The notes beneath the pieces were generated by a model. That model did no database searches. It was given only the letters and a program-made list of their open reading frames with translations, and was not told the origin of the DNA. Shown here piece by piece: positions 17,097 to 19,104 of a stretch of 19,104 nucleotides of DNA. Location of the stretch: assembly GCA_913020725.1 (NCBI GenBank), contig CAJWCD010000071.1:1-19104 (forward strand), in the 5' to 3' direction. Made by a program: the position numbers and the translations under genes. This DNA is from an uncultured Pseudomonadota bacterium. GTDB taxonomy: Bacteria; SAR324; NAC60-12. Every line of letters starts with the position of its first letter. The first letter of the stretch is position 1.

Positions 17097-18155
17097 ATGG
17101 CGGAGCAGCGGAAGAAGGCCACCTCGATGCAGGTAGCGCGGCTGGCGGGGGTGTCTCAGTCGGCGGTGTCCCGCGCCTTCACGCCGGGAGCCAGTGTTTC
17201 GGAGAAGATGCGCCGCCGTGTGCTGGAGGCCGCCCGCAAGCTCAGCTACCAGCCCAACGCCATCGCCCGCAGCCTGATCACGCGCCGCTCCAACATGATA
17301 GGTATCGTGATCGCTAACATCACCACCAACCCTTTCTATCCGGATGTGCTGGACGCCCTCAGCCGCCGCTTTCAGGAGCGCGGTCAGCGCGTCATGCTCT
17401 TCGTCGTTACCCGTGATCAAAGCCTGGACGACATCCTGCCGCAACTCTTTGAGTATCAGGTGGATGGTATCCTCATCACTGCAGCGACCCTCAGTTCCGA
17501 AATGGCACAGGAGTGCGAACGGCTGGGTACGCCTGTGACGCTTTTCAACCGCTACGTCCTTGGCACCAGCGCAAGCTGGGTTTGTTGCGACAACGAGGAA
17601 GGCGGACGGATGGTCGCACGGCTATTTCTGGATGCCGGACATGAGCGCCCCGCCTTTCTGACAGGATCGGAAGACACCTCAACTAGTGTGGACCGCGAAC
17701 GCGGCTTTACGGACTACTTGCAGGAACACGGGGTGATGCCGCTCCGAGAGGTAGGGCACTATACCTATCGCTGGGCGTATGAGGCCACCCTGCGGCTGCT
17801 GGATTGCCCGGAGCGTCCCGACGCCATTTTCTGCGCGAACGACATCATGGCGATTGGCGCACTGGAGGCCATCCGGAGCGGACGGGGCTTGCGGGTTCCG
17901 GAGGACGTTTCTGTGATCGGCTTTGACGACATCTCGATGGCTGCGTGGCCGAGCTACAACCTCACGACCATCCGACAGCCCGTGGTGCCGATGATGGACG
18001 AGTCGGTGGAGGTTTTGCTCCGGCGTGTGGAGGATCCGGAAGCCCCCTTCGTCAATCGGCTGATTCCCGGCGATTTGGTAGTGCGTGGTTCAGCGCGACT
18101 CCCCAAGGGCGTGTCCTCTGGTTGGGTGATCACCAAGGAACAGGACCACGAATGA
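17097..18155 (+). CDS. LacI-family transcriptional regulator
   Basis: [24 protein letters not shown], hinge [44 protein letters not shown]. Confidence 0.95.
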   Translation: MAEQRKKATSMQVARLAGVSQSAVSRAFTPGASVSEKMRRRVLEAARKLSYQPNAIARSLITRRSNMIGIVIANITTNPFYPDVLDALSRRFQERGQRVMLFVVTRDQSLDDILPQLFEYQVDGILITAATLSSEMAQECERLGTPVTLFNRYVLGTSASWVCCDNEEGGRMVARLFLDAGHERPAFLTGSEDTSTSVDRERGFTDYLQEHGVMPLREVGHYTYRWAYEATLRLLDCPERPDAIFCANDIMAIGALEAIRSGRGLRVPEDVSVIGFDDISMAAWPSYNLTTIRQPVVPMMDESVEVLLRRVEDPEAPFVNRLIPGDLVVRGSARLPKGVSSGWVITKEQDHE

Positions 18156-18898
18156 CGACGATGCAGGAAAAAACGGTTCTCGTGACCGGAGGCGCAGGCG
18201 GAATCGGTACGGCGATCTGCCAGAGGGTAGCCGAATCCGGGGCTTCGGTGATTCTTACCTACCACAACAGCAAGCAGAGCGCAGAGACTTTGCTGGCGTC
18301 TCTTCCGGGAACAGGCCACCTTGCCCTCCAGACGCGAGTGGACGAAACTCCGGCGGTGCAGGAACTTGCCGAACGGGTACAGTCGCAGCACGGCAAGCTG
18401 GACGTGCTGGTCAACTGCGCAGGTACCACTCGCTTTGTACCGCACCACGACCTTGACGCACTTGACGACAACCTCATTGACGAAATCTTCCGCATCAACT
18501 GGCGGGGTGCGTTTGCCTGCGTCCGGGCCTTCCGAAGTTTGCTGGAACGCGGTAGCGATCCGTTGGTGATCAACATCTCCTCCATCGCAGCCGTCTCCGG
18601 GATGGGCAGCAACATCGCCTACTGCGCGTCCAAGGCGGCACTCGATTCGATGACCCGCTCGCTGGCCCGTGCGCTGGCTCCGACGATTCGGGTGGTTTCG
18701 CTCTCTCCGGGAGTGGTGGATACCGAGTTCATCCGGGGGCTTGACCCTTCATGGCGCGAGGATCAACTCCGCCACACCCCGCTTCAGCGTTTCCCCAGTC
18801 CGGAGGAAATCGGGGAGGCCGTCGTTGCACTGGTCACCACGCTGACCAGCATGACAGGCTGCATCCTTCCTCTCGATGGTGGGCGGCCTCTTGGCTGA
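18152..18898 (+). CDS. Classical short-chain dehydrogenase/reductase (SDR)
   Basis: TGGAGGIG, LVNCAG, catalytic Ser (NISS) and YCASK, terminal DGG. ATG overlaps the lacI stop (ATGA). Confidence 0.93.
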   Translation: MTTMQEKTVLVTGGAGGIGTAICQRVAESGASVILTYHNSKQSAETLLASLPGTGHLALQTRVDETPAVQELAERVQSQHGKLDVLVNCAGTTRFVPHHDLDALDDNLIDEIFRINWRGAFACVRAFRSLLERGSDPLVINISSIAAVSGMGSNIAYCASKAALDSMTRSLARALAPTIRVVSLSPGVVDTEFIRGLDPSWREDQLRHTPLQRFPSPEEIGEAVVALVTTLTSMTGCILPLDGGRPLG

Positions 18899-19104
18899 TC
18901 AAAATCGAGTTTAGATTCCACATTCTTTAGCTCCATAACCTCGCGGATTCAACTCGTAAGTGAAACTCCCCGTCTGGTGAAGAAGGGCTGGTGGGATGCC
19001 GCCGAGGGGAAGACGTGATTCGCTGGCATGCCCACCCCTACAGTGTCTTGAATCAGGAGGATTTTGCGTACTGCCCGATGCCGCAGGTCTGCATGGTCTC
19101 CCGG

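Noticed and set aside
19053..19104. Possible 3' end of a minus-strand gene (...RETMQTCGIGQYAKSS*)
   Set aside because: Only 16 codons are visible, too little to support a call.
1..19104. CRISPR array, tRNA/rRNA, transposase or integrase
   Set aside because: No regularly spaced repeats, RNA gene signatures or recombinase motifs were seen.

Overview
High-GC bacterial window that is almost entirely one putative LacI-regulated catabolic gene cluster for an unidentified small substrate. It encodes a carbohydrate-type (CUT1) ABC importer (binding protein plus two permeases), six SnoaL/NTF2-like 'ester cyclase' paralogues (about 11 domains), a histidinol-dehydrogenase homologue related to HpsN rather than true HisD, an SDR, an RraA/HMG-aldolase-like protein, a bicupin, a stand-alone MetE C-terminal-domain (Zn-thiol) enzyme and an alpha/beta hydrolase. 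A 14-bp palindrome (consensus TGCATACGTATGCA) lies at three sigma70-like promoters and is the likely operator of the resident LacI protein. Signs of decay: the ABC ATPase lacks its Walker A region and is frameshifted, the hydrolase has a +1 frameshift near its start, and a toxin-antitoxin remnant (DUF4258 with an internal stop, DUF2283, orphan BrnA) sits between converging operons. A GTAG-type REP doublet precedes lacI. All family calls come from motif recognition by eye; no database searches were run.
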